Origin: Candidatus Marinacidobacterium sp.
GTDB taxonomy: Bacteria; Acidobacteriota; Vicinamibacteria; Marinacidobacterales; Marinacidobacteraceae
Assembly (NCBI GenBank): GCA_965220965.1
Contig: OZ244852.1
Location: 1,664,001 to 1,728,000, forward strand
Direction of reading: 5' to 3'
Length of the DNA: 64,000 nucleotides
Under the pieces are notes generated by a model. The model was not told where the DNA came from, did not search any database, and worked only from the letters and a program-made list of their open reading frames with translations. This document shows, piece by piece, positions 1 through 8,734 of this stretch. The position numbers and the translations under genes were made by a program. Numbering within the stretch: the first letter of the stretch is position 1; the number at the start of each line of letters is the position of its first letter.

Positions 1-1
1 C

Positions 2-244
2 AGAAAGCACTCGTTCCTGGTCGAAACACACAGCGACTTCATCCTGGACCGCGTGCGAATCTGTGTGCGTAGAGGTGAGATTTCGCCGGATGACGTCTCC
101 ATCCTTTTCTTTGAGCCGAGAAGGAACGCTGTTGCTGTGAACAACCTGACGCTCGACCCTGAGGGCAACATCCGGGACGCGCCGGCCGGTTACCGGGACT
201 TCTTCCTTCGGGAGACGGACACCCTTCTCGGGTTCGTGAATTGA
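2..244 (+). CDS. C-terminal part of an AAA/ABC-type ATPase with DUF3696-like tail (5' truncated by window edge)
   Basis: Frame open from base 2: ...FLVETHSDFILDRVRICVRRGEISPDDVSILFF...LDPEGNIRDAPAGYRDFF. ETHS H-loop plus tail typical of AAA_21/DUF3696 proteins. Confidence 0.7.
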   Translation, partial: RKHSFLVETHSDFILDRVRICVRRGEISPDDVSILFFEPRRNAVAVNNLTLDPEGNIRDAPAGYRDFFLRETDTLLGFVN

Positions 245-257
245 GAGGCGGCTCGCC

Positions 258-701
258 GTGTGCCTGATTATCGACACGAACCGCATCGGCACATTCCTGG
301 CGAGTCCCCCGCACCCCGACACCCTCCCCATCCATCGGTGGTTGACGAAGCAAGGCGGGATGATCGTGTACTCAGTTGCGGGGGAATTTGGGGAGGAACT
401 GTCCAGCACGGCGAAGTCCCGTCTGTTCGCGCTCTCCCAGGCGGGTCGCGCGCGCCTCGTTCCCGCTGGCCGCGTCACAGATGAGCTCGAGCGCCTTCAG
501 CAGAGCCCGGAATTGCAGTCCGACGACCCGCACGTGCTGGCGCTCGCCCGGGCCAGCGGCACGCGTCTTCTCTACACCGGGGACAGGAAGCTCATGGATG
601 ACTTCCGGGACAAGCGGATCATCGACAACCCGAGGGGCAAGATCTACTCCGGTCAGCAGAACCATCGCCTGCTGACGGCGACGACCTGCACCGCGAAGTA
701 A
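258..701 (+). CDS. PIN-domain protein (putative ribonuclease)
   Basis: N-terminal IIDTN, then SDDPHVLALA and LYTGD acidic motifs; GAGAGG RBS upstream of GTG. Confidence 0.75.
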   Translation: MCLIIDTNRIGTFLASPPHPDTLPIHRWLTKQGGMIVYSVAGEFGEELSSTAKSRLFALSQAGRARLVPAGRVTDELERLQQSPELQSDDPHVLALARASGTRLLYTGDRKLMDDFRDKRIIDNPRGKIYSGQQNHRLLTATTCTAK

Positions 702-929
702 CCGGGCGAAACGGTCACGCCGCCGCGCGGCGGGAGAGGAGGGCTGCTCGCCCGGTGTTCGCCTCGGCTGCGCCCGTCCCGGCGTCCGTCGACGCCTGAA
801 ATCAGGGGTCGCCGGCGGGAGGAGAGTGAGCGCGGGCGGGCCAGCGTCCCCGGCGACTCGCGACGGACCGGCTGAAGTGGAACCAGTCTTGCGACGGAAC
901 GTAATTCGGGGAAAGACGGGAGGACGACG

Positions 930-2141
930 ATGCGCCATAGCGGAAGCAGGAAATACCGGTCCACGCATCCGTGGATCCGCTTTCCCGAGGATGTGCAGGC
1001 TCCTCCCCTCGTCTGGTCCCTCCTCGGACAGGTGGTCGCGAGATCGGAGACCCTGGCGCGAATGCCGCTGCCTCCCGAGGCCTCGAGGGAGCTTCACACG
1101 CTCTGGCTGGTGAAGGCCGTGCGCGCCTCCGCCGCGATCGGGGGCGAGACCCTGAGCGAGTCCGAGGTCCGGGCGCGAGTCGAGGGAGGCGAGAAACCGC
1201 CGCCGTCGCGGGCGCACCTTGGAGTCGAAGTCGACGGACTGCTCGATGCGCACAACAACGTCCGCGTCGCGCTCCTGACGGACGAACACCTGACGCTGAG
1301 CCGTGAGCGTCTCAGCGAGTGGAACCGCCTGATGCTCGAAGGGCTGGAGGCCTATATCGCCGAGGAGGCCATTGCCGGCGAGCTCCGGCGTTTCGACATC
1401 ACCCCGGGCAACTACCGCGGAGCGCCCGCCAGGGACTGCCGTTATCTGCTCGACCGGTTCACCGAATGGATCGAGACGGATCTGGGTGTCGGGAAGACGG
1501 AGGACCGCCAGAGCCTCGACATCCTCCGGGGGCTGCTCGCCCACGTCTACCTCGTGTGGATCCAGCCCTTTGGCGACGGGAACGGGCCGACCGCCCGTCT
1601 CGCCGAGTTCTTCTTTCTTCTTCGCTCCGGGCTCCCCTCACCGAGTTGCCATCTGCTCACGGACCACTACTACCGGACCCGAGACGAGTACTACCGGCGA
1701 CTGGACCGTTCCACGACGGCCGGCTTCGGCCGCGGTGATCCGTGGCGGTTCGTCACTTACGCCCTCGAAGGCCTCGTGGACGGTCTGAAGGAGCAGGCCA
1801 CAGCCGTGGAGCGCATCCAGATCCAACTCGCATGGCCCGGCTTCGTTCGCGAACAGGTCGGGGGCCGCCAGGCGGCGAGGCGGGAGCGCCGCGTGCTTCT
1901 CGCCGCCACGATCGCCAAGGCCGAAGCAGGCGCCTCCCGATCCCGACTGCTGCGTCATCCGGACCTGGCGCACGCCTACGCGCGTGGGAGGGGCAAGACC
2001 CTGACGAGGGACCTGAACCGGCTCATCGACCGGGAGCTGGTGGAGAAGTCCGACGCCGGCTACCGCGCCCGCACCGACCGACTCCGGGCGCTGCGCCCGC
2101 GGCGCGGCGCCGGAACGGCGCGGGGCCAGCCCGACTCCTGA
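930..2141 (+). CDS. Fic family protein with degenerate catalytic motif and C-terminal winged-HTH-like region
   Basis: Motif reads QPFGDGNGPTAR (canonical HPFxDGNGRxxR); collinear paralogue of 2423..3652; GGAGG RBS. Confidence 0.85.
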   Translation: MRHSGSRKYRSTHPWIRFPEDVQAPPLVWSLLGQVVARSETLARMPLPPEASRELHTLWLVKAVRASAAIGGETLSESEVRARVEGGEKPPPSRAHLGVEVDGLLDAHNNVRVALLTDEHLTLSRERLSEWNRLMLEGLEAYIAEEAIAGELRRFDITPGNYRGAPARDCRYLLDRFTEWIETDLGVGKTEDRQSLDILRGLLAHVYLVWIQPFGDGNGPTARLAEFFFLLRSGLPSPSCHLLTDHYYRTRDEYYRRLDRSTTAGFGRGDPWRFVTYALEGLVDGLKEQATAVERIQIQLAWPGFVREQVGGRQAARRERRVLLAATIAKAEAGASRSRLLRHPDLAHAYARGRGKTLTRDLNRLIDRELVEKSDAGYRARTDRLRALRPRRGAGTARGQPDS

Positions 2142-2173
2142 GAACCGCCCGCGACGGCCGAAGGGCGGGAGTC

Positions 2174-2267
2174 TTGACGGACATCCATGTCCGACAAACC
2201 GGATTGACGGACATATGTCGCGTAATGTGGCCGACAACGGAACTTGTCGGCCACCGATGGCCGACAA
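2174..2267. promoter_or_regulatory. Palindrome cluster between Fic genes (putative operators)
   Basis: CGGACAT-cc-ATGTCCG (2178-2193), GACATATGTC (2210-2219), GTGGCCGACAA-n6-TTGTCGGCCAC (2227-2254); TTGACGGACAT occurs twice. Confidence 0.45.
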
Positions 2268-2422
2268 ACAGGCGCCGGGCGCGTCCGTATCGATGAAGGG
2301 GACATCTGAAGAGACATGAGTTCGGACGTACAGGACACCTGTCTACGCTGAAATCGTTGAAATACAATAGCTACACTGGAATCCGTTGACGGCGCAAGAG
2401 GGGACATCTACCCGGACACGGC

Positions 2423-3652
2423 ATGGGTCACAACGGAACGAGGAAGTACGAATCCACCCACCCGTGGATCCGGTTCCGGCTGGATCTCGACCGGGCGCCG
2501 CGCCAGGCCTGGGTGCTCCTCGGACAGGCGGTGGCGCGCGCCGAACTGCTTCGAGAGTGCCTCATTCCCCATGAGGTTGCGCGCCGCTTCCATCGGACCT
2601 GGCTGATCAAGGGGGCTCGCGCCACCGCCGCCATCGAGGGCAACACGCTCACCGAGGCCGAAGTCGGGGCGCGCGCCGAGGGCCGGAGGGAGCTTCCTCG
2701 ATCCCGCGCCTACCTCGGCGTGGAAGTGGACAATGTCCTGCGCTCGTTCAACAGAGTTGACTCCGAGATCCTCGAAGGCGGCAATCCCCCACTGAGCCGT
2801 GAGCGGATCCAGGAATGGAACCGATGGACGCTCGACGATCTCGAGGGCCACTTCGCGGAGGGAGCCGACCCGGGCGCGCTCCGGCGGCACTCCGTCGTCG
2901 TCGGCCGATATCGCGGCGCCCCCGCCGAGGATTGCGGCTATCTGCTCGATCGCCTCGCCCGCTGGCTCGAGTCGGACTGGCCGGACGATGGAGCCAACAG
3001 CGAGGACCGGATGGCCGCCGGGATCCTCCGAGGGATCGCGGCCCACCTCTACATCGCCTGGATCCATCCGTTCGGAGACGGCAACGGACGGGTCGCCCGC
3101 CTCGCGGAACTCTTCTTTCTGCTGCGCTCCGGCGTCCCGGGTCCCGCATGCCACCTGCCGAGCAACCACTACTACCGGACGCGGGAGGAGTACTACCGCC
3201 AACTGTGTCGATCCCGGGCCGCCAACCACGGCCGCGGCGACCCCTGGGGCTTCGTGATCTACGCGCTCCAGGGGCTGGTGGACGGGCTTCGGGAACAGGC
3301 TGCGGTCCTGACGCCGATCCAGATCCGCCTCGCCTGGCCCGGATTCGTTCGCGACCGGGTCGGGGGGTCGCCCTCCCTCACGCAGGAGCGCCGGATCCTT
3401 CTCGCCGTCACCCTTGCGGATCACGACGCAGTCATCTCGCGGTCCGGTCTGCTGCGTCACCCGGAGCTCGCGCACATCTACGCCCGCCGGACCGGGAAGA
3501 CCCTGGCCCGCGACCTGAACTGGCTCATCGACCGGGAGCTGGTCGAGCGGACCGAGGGCGGCTATCGCGCCCGCACCGACCAGCTCGGGGCGCTGCGCCC
3601 GGGGGGTGCAGCTTGGCCAACGCCGGACCAGCCGGGTCCGGGAGGCGCGTGA
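2423..3652 (+). CDS. Fic family protein (class II-like, canonical motif)
   Basis: HPFGDGNGRVAR catalytic motif; N-terminal inhibitory motif TAAIEGN; C-terminal KTLARDLNWLIDRELV helix-turn-helix-like segment. Confidence 0.9.
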   Translation: MGHNGTRKYESTHPWIRFRLDLDRAPRQAWVLLGQAVARAELLRECLIPHEVARRFHRTWLIKGARATAAIEGNTLTEAEVGARAEGRRELPRSRAYLGVEVDNVLRSFNRVDSEILEGGNPPLSRERIQEWNRWTLDDLEGHFAEGADPGALRRHSVVVGRYRGAPAEDCGYLLDRLARWLESDWPDDGANSEDRMAAGILRGIAAHLYIAWIHPFGDGNGRVARLAELFFLLRSGVPGPACHLPSNHYYRTREEYYRQLCRSRAANHGRGDPWGFVIYALQGLVDGLREQAAVLTPIQIRLAWPGFVRDRVGGSPSLTQERRILLAVTLADHDAVISRSGLLRHPELAHIYARRTGKTLARDLNWLIDRELVERTEGGYRARTDQLGALRPGGAAWPTPDQPGPGGA

Positions 3653-4767
3653 TGGCCCCTGTGCGCTATCCGATGGGCGGATTCCCGCCCGACGAGCGGA
3701 TCGACTGGCGAGCGTTGATCCCTCTGGTCGGAACGGCCTCAGCGGCCATCGGACGCTACGACGCGATGCTGGCCGCGACGCCGAACTCCGAGGCGCTCCT
3801 CGCTTGCCTGACACTACGGGAGGCCGTGCTCTCATCGCGCATCGAAGGCATCCACGCCACGATGGGGGAGGTGCTGGGGTTCGAGGCCGGCCAGGAACCG
3901 GAGTCGCCGATCCGGAGGGAGGACGTTCGGGAGGTGCTCAATTGCCGGGCTGCTCTCCTGCGGGCCGAAGGGCTTCTGGAGGCGTTGCCGCTTTCGCTTC
4001 GGGTCCTCCGGGAGACCCACAGCATCCTGATGGAGGGGGCGCGCGGAGTTGGGAAGGCTCCGGGCGAATTCCGGAGAACGCCGAACTGGATCGGGCCGCC
4101 AGGATGCAGCATCGAGAACGCCACGTTCGTTCCCATCGGGGCCGACGCGCTGCCCGACGCCATGTCGACCTGGGAGCGCTACATGAACTCCGCGGCGCCG
4201 GACCGGCTGGTGCAGCTCGCGATCCTGCACGCCGAGTTCGAGGCGCTCCACCCGTTTCTCGACGGGAACGGTCGACTGGGACGGATGCTCGTTCCGCTCT
4301 TTCTGTGGCGATGTGGCCTGATCCAGTCCCCCAGGTTCTACATCAGCGCCGCGCTCGTGGCTCGTCGGTACGACTACTACGAGCGACTGCTGGCCGTCTC
4401 CCGGGACGACGACTGGACCGGCTGGCTCCGGTTCTTCCTGGAAGCGGTGCGGATCCAGGCCGAGGACGATCTGGCGAGGGCGCAGGGGATCATCCAGCTC
4501 TACGAGACGATGAAGGTGCGTGTGGCCGACCTCACGCGGTCGCGCCACGCAATCCAGCTCCTGGACTGGATCTTCCGGGTTCCCATCTTCCGGAGTTCCC
4601 AGTTCACGCAGGCGACCGGAATCGCGGCCAAGACCGCGCAACGGCTGCTCCAGCGCCTGACGGAGGCGGAGATTCTGCGGGTGCTCCGGACCCGGCGCGG
4701 CCGGCGTCCAGCCATTTTCGTTTATCCGGAGCTGCTGAACCGGGCCGAGGGACAGAAGGCTTCTTGA
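3652..4767 (+). CDS. Fic/DOC family protein with N-terminal Fic_N region and C-terminal HTH
   Basis: ATG overlaps the previous stop (TGATG) with GGAGG RBS; SSRIEG inhibitory motif; HPFLDGNGRLGR. Confidence 0.9.
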   Translation: MAPVRYPMGGFPPDERIDWRALIPLVGTASAAIGRYDAMLAATPNSEALLACLTLREAVLSSRIEGIHATMGEVLGFEAGQEPESPIRREDVREVLNCRAALLRAEGLLEALPLSLRVLRETHSILMEGARGVGKAPGEFRRTPNWIGPPGCSIENATFVPIGADALPDAMSTWERYMNSAAPDRLVQLAILHAEFEALHPFLDGNGRLGRMLVPLFLWRCGLIQSPRFYISAALVARRYDYYERLLAVSRDDDWTGWLRFFLEAVRIQAEDDLARAQGIIQLYETMKVRVADLTRSRHAIQLLDWIFRVPIFRSSQFTQATGIAAKTAQRLLQRLTEAEILRVLRTRRGRRPAIFVYPELLNRAEGQKAS

Positions 4768-4945
4768 CAGCCATCTGTGTCTGACCAACAGCCGTGAAGG
4801 ACGCACTTGGCAGAATGTGTCCGTCACTATGGTCCGAAGACGGAAATGCCCCGCAGAGAAGCCGCCAGCCCGCCGTTCAGCCCTTCTGAAGTCGACCGCG
4901 AGCAGGCCGAGGTCTGCTCCGGGGCTTGGGCGGCCTGAGGTTCCG

Positions 4946-5062
4946 ATGATCGACTACCGCAACTTCCGCATCGCGCTGGCGCGGCTCGAAGCGCAGCACG
5001 AGAGCCATCTGGCGAAGCGGCGTGGCCTGTCGAACCCAGAGCGGGAACGGCGCTCCATCTGA
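4946..5062 (+). pseudogene. Short remnant resembling the N-terminus of an HI0074-type nucleotidyltransferase substrate-binding (HEPN) protein
   Basis: MIDYRNFRIALARLEAQHESH... after a GAGG RBS, stops after 38 codons; family resemblance recalled from memory, not searched. Confidence 0.3.
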
Positions 5063-5093
5063 AGCCTCACACGGACGGACGAACTCACGGACC

Positions 5094-6344
5094 ATGACGG
5101 GCGCTGACTTGCTCCGGCAGTTCCGCGAAGCCCGGAAGGCGACGATGCGGCTCGTGGCGCCACTGGCGGTGGAGGACTTCGTGGCGGCGGCGCCCGACGC
5201 CAGTCCGGTGAAGTGGCATCTCGGCCACACGACCTGGTTCCTCGAGCACTACCTGCTCATCCCGCACGCCGCTCGCCACCAACGCTCGCATCCCGAGTAC
5301 GACGACCTCTTCGATCCCGGCCGTCGGCCTCTCCATCGCAACCGGGGTCTCTGGACGCGGCCCACCGTCGCGGAGGTCCTCGAGTACCGGCGGGTTGTTG
5401 AGGACTTGGTCGGCGAGCTGGTGGAGGCCGGGCTCTCCCCCGTCGCGGAGACCCCGCTCGCCATGGGGATCCACCACGAGGCGCTCCACCAGGAGCTGCT
5501 CCTGACCGAGCTGAAGCGTCTCTTCTGGAAGAACCCGCTCCACCCGGCCTACCGACAGCCCGGTGAAGCGTCCTCGGGGCGGCGGGCCGCCTCCCCCCTT
5601 CGCTTCCTTTCGTTTGCGGGTGGCGAAGTCGGGATCGGTCACGACGGGGACGGTTTCGCGTTCGCGAACGAGCTTCCCCGGCATCGCGCGCTGGTCCATC
5701 CGTTCCAGTTGGCCAGCCGGCTCATCACGAACCGGGAGTTCCAGGAGTTCATCCACGAGGACGGCTACCGGACCCGGTCGCTCTGGCTCGCCGACGGCTG
5801 GGAGGCGCGGGAGCGGTTCGGGTGGGAGGCGCCGCTCTACTGGGAGCGCGACGGCGAGGCCTGGATTGAATTCGGCTTCGAGGGGCTCAGGGCGCTCGAC
5901 CCGGGCGCCCCGGTGGCGCATGTCAGTTTGCACGAGGCCGACGCCTTCGCGCGCTGGCGCGGCGCTCGCCTGCCGACCGAGTTCGAGTGGGAGGCGGCGG
6001 CCGGGGGCGTCGCGGCGGGTGGCGCCTGCCTGGAGAGCGGCCGACTGGCGCCGGCGCCCGCCGACGCCGAGTCCGGCGGACCGGGGAACTCCGCGCCCAC
6101 GCAGCTTCTCGGCGATGTGTGGGAGTGGACCGGGAGCGCGCATCGCCCCTACCCCGGCTACCGGGCGGAAGACCGGGTTCCCGGCGACCCCACGACCGGG
6201 TTCTTCGGCGCCCGCGCCGTCCTGCGCGGCGGATCCTGCCTCACCCCCTCGCTCCTCGCGCGCCGCACGACCCGCCACCACCTCGCGCCGGAGAGCCGTC
6301 TCGCCTGCGCCGGCATCCGTCTCGCCCGCGATCTTCCCGGCTGA
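5094..6344 (+). CDS. egtB: EgtB-like sulfoxide synthase homologue (DinB_2 + FGE-sulfatase domains), divergent
   Basis: SPVKWHLGHTTWF, HHEALHQELLLT, RLPTEFEWE, GDVWEWT, VLRGGSC motifs. Confidence 0.75.
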   Translation: MTGADLLRQFREARKATMRLVAPLAVEDFVAAAPDASPVKWHLGHTTWFLEHYLLIPHAARHQRSHPEYDDLFDPGRRPLHRNRGLWTRPTVAEVLEYRRVVEDLVGELVEAGLSPVAETPLAMGIHHEALHQELLLTELKRLFWKNPLHPAYRQPGEASSGRRAASPLRFLSFAGGEVGIGHDGDGFAFANELPRHRALVHPFQLASRLITNREFQEFIHEDGYRTRSLWLADGWEARERFGWEAPLYWERDGEAWIEFGFEGLRALDPGAPVAHVSLHEADAFARWRGARLPTEFEWEAAAGGVAAGGACLESGRLAPAPADAESGGPGNSAPTQLLGDVWEWTGSAHRPYPGYRAEDRVPGDPTTGFFGARAVLRGGSCLTPSLLARRTTRHHLAPESRLACAGIRLARDLPG

Positions 6345-6391
6345 CGGGCGCTCCGCGCCCCGGCGTGGGCCAGTCGACCCGTTGCGGCGGC

Positions 6392-8683
6392 TCAGTGCGT
6401 CGCGGCGGGGACTTCGAGGAGCGGAGAGGGAGCTCCGCTCCCGGTCTGCGGTCGCGTCGGGAGCGCCCCCAGAATCACGCGCGCGTCGACCGCCACGACC
6501 CGGTCGGAGTAAGCGAACAGGGGGTTCACCTCGACTTCGGCCACATCGGAGTTGTCGACCAGACAGCGGGCGACGGCGGCGGCCGCCGCGACGATGCCCT
6601 CGAGGGGACCGCCAGACCCGTCCCGGACGCCGTCGAGCAGGGCGCCGACGCGCAGTTCGCGCACCATGTCACGCAACTGCTGTTCCTCCACCGGCAGCAC
6701 CCGGTGGGCGACATCGCGCAGCACCTCCACGAAGACGCCGCCGCTTCCCAGGGTGAGAACCGGACCGAGTTGGGGGTCGCGGCAGGCCCCGATCAGCAGC
6801 TCGGCGCGGGGCGGGGGGAGCATGGCGGACACCAGCGCGGCGTAGTTCTCCGGGGGCAGCCCGCACTGGCTGGCGCGCCGGCGCGCGTTGGCCATCACGG
6901 CGCGAAAGGCGTCGCCGGCGGCCGGCGCGCCGGACACCCCCAGCACGACGCCTCCCGCAGCCGACTTGTGGGTGATGGTTCCGGAAAGCAGCTTGATGGC
7001 CACCGGACGGCCGATGCGGTCCGCCGCCCTCTCCGCCTCGCCCACCGACCGGGCGATCCTGACCTCCGGGAACCCAAGGCCGGCGGCCTCGAGGAGGGAG
7101 CGGGCCTCAAGCTCGTTGAGCGTCAGGCGGCCCTCTCCCCGCGCGGCGACGATCGGGGCGGGAACGGAGACCTCCTCGACTGGTGGCGGGGTCGTCCTGC
7201 GCCGCCGCCCCGCCGTCGTGGAAGGCAACGCTTCGCGCGCCCCCGGCGCGGTCCGGGGATCCCCGAACCCGGGCCGCCCGCCTGCCGGCATCCCGAGCCC
7301 CCGTCCGCGCCGGGCCAGTTCCAGCGCGGCCCGGCACGCCACTTCCAGCGACTCGATCACCGGCGCCCGCCGCTCGCGCAGGATGTCCAGGGGAGCGCTG
7401 CGGTGGGCGGCGTACATGGCCTGCACCACGAGGCCCTTTCCCGCCCCTCGCAGGATCCCGGCCATGGCGCCGGCGGCCTCCACCTCGCTTGCGGTGTGTC
7501 GGGTGGCGAAACGAATGCCGTAGCCGCCGAACACCCCCACAACGAGCAGCACGCCGACTCCGGGGTCCGCGGCAAGGACCTCCGCGGCCCGCCCGAACAC
7601 ACCGGGGTCGCGGTCCGCCGCCCCCGCGACATCGATCGGATTACCCACGGCGGCGGCCGGACCCAGCAGGCCGGCGAGCGCGTCCCTGGTGGCCGGGGTG
7701 AGCACCGCGAGGGGGGCGCCCGCTTCGGTCAACAGGTCCGCGGCCAGGGTGTTCTGGCCGCCCCCATCGGAGAGGATGGCGATCCCCGACCCTGGTGGGC
7801 CCCACGGCTGCGAGGCGAGAGTGACGGCGAGATCGGTGAGTTCGTCGGTTCGGGTCGTCTCCACCACGCCGGCCTGCGCCAATCCCGCCCGCAGGCGGTC
7901 GTAGGGTCCCGCGACCGCGCCGGTGTGCGAGAGAGCGCCGAGGGCGCCGGGCGCGGTTCGACCCGATTTGACCATGACGACCGGCTTGTGCGGGGTCACC
8001 TGGCCCGCCGCCCTCAGGAAGGCGCGCGCGTCGGTCAGGCCCTCGACATGCGCGATGATCGCCCGGGTCGGCCGGTGCCGACCGAGGTGCTCGATAACTT
8101 CGTGAAAGCCGACATCCACCTGGTTGCCAAGCCCGCAGCAGATCGAGACGCCGGCCCGGGACCGTCGCGTGATCTCGTTCATGAGCGAGAGAGCGATGTT
8201 GCCGGACTGAACCAGGAGCGCGATATGTCCCGCGCGCACTCCGCTGGCTCCGATCAGGTTGACGCCCTCCCCGAGGTTCATGAGCCCGGACGTGTTCGGC
8301 CCGAGGATCCGGACCCCCGCCTCGCGCCCCGCCGCCCGGAGCCGCCGCTCGAGGTCGGCCCCTGACGCGCCCGACTCCCCGAATCCCACCGCCAGGACGA
8401 TCGCCCCCCCGACTCCGCGCGCCCCGCAGGCGGACACCAGCCCGGGCGCCCGCTCCGCCGGGGTGCACAGGACGGCCAGGTCGACTCCGTAGGGGAGTTC
8501 GTCCACCGAAGTCAGGAGCGGATGGCCGAGGAGTGCGCCTCCCGCCGGGTTCACCGCGTGGACATCGCCGGCGTAGCCGGACTCCTTCAACCGGCGCAGG
8601 ATCTGGTGTCCACGCTTCGTCGGATCCGTGCTGGCGCCGACGACCGCGATCGAGCGCGGCTCGAGGAGACGCTGGAGGCTCAC
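6392..8683 (-). CDS. NDP-forming acyl-CoA synthetase (acetate-CoA ligase alpha/beta fusion)
   Basis: PRSIAVVGAS CoA-binding start, GPNTSG, SHTG phospho-His, NPIDV, ATP-grasp HKS and EVNPL. Confidence 0.9.
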   Translation of the reverse strand: MSLQRLLEPRSIAVVGASTDPTKRGHQILRRLKESGYAGDVHAVNPAGGALLGHPLLTSVDELPYGVDLAVLCTPAERAPGLVSACGARGVGGAIVLAVGFGESGASGADLERRLRAAGREAGVRILGPNTSGLMNLGEGVNLIGASGVRAGHIALLVQSGNIALSLMNEITRRSRAGVSICCGLGNQVDVGFHEVIEHLGRHRPTRAIIAHVEGLTDARAFLRAAGQVTPHKPVVMVKSGRTAPGALGALSHTGAVAGPYDRLRAGLAQAGVVETTRTDELTDLAVTLASQPWGPPGSGIAILSDGGGQNTLAADLLTEAGAPLAVLTPATRDALAGLLGPAAAVGNPIDVAGAADRDPGVFGRAAEVLAADPGVGVLLVVGVFGGYGIRFATRHTASEVEAAGAMAGILRGAGKGLVVQAMYAAHRSAPLDILRERRAPVIESLEVACRAALELARRGRGLGMPAGGRPGFGDPRTAPGAREALPSTTAGRRRRTTPPPVEEVSVPAPIVAARGEGRLTLNELEARSLLEAAGLGFPEVRIARSVGEAERAADRIGRPVAIKLLSGTITHKSAAGGVVLGVSGAPAAGDAFRAVMANARRRASQCGLPPENYAALVSAMLPPPRAELLIGACRDPQLGPVLTLGSGGVFVEVLRDVAHRVLPVEEQQLRDMVRELRVGALLDGVRDGSGGPLEGIVAAAAAVARCLVDNSDVAEVEVNPLFAYSDRVVAVDARVILGALPTRPQTGSGAPSPLLEVPAATH

Positions 8684-8734
8684 AAGGGGAACCCGCCGGA
8701 TCGGCGGATCCGCGGGGGGCCGCCGGAATGGATC

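Noticed and set aside
2815-3651. 650-aa ORF suggesting a long N-terminal extension of Fic3
   Set aside because: The extension is a low-complexity shadow frame over Fic2; the true start is ATG 3652 with RBS and TGATG coupling.
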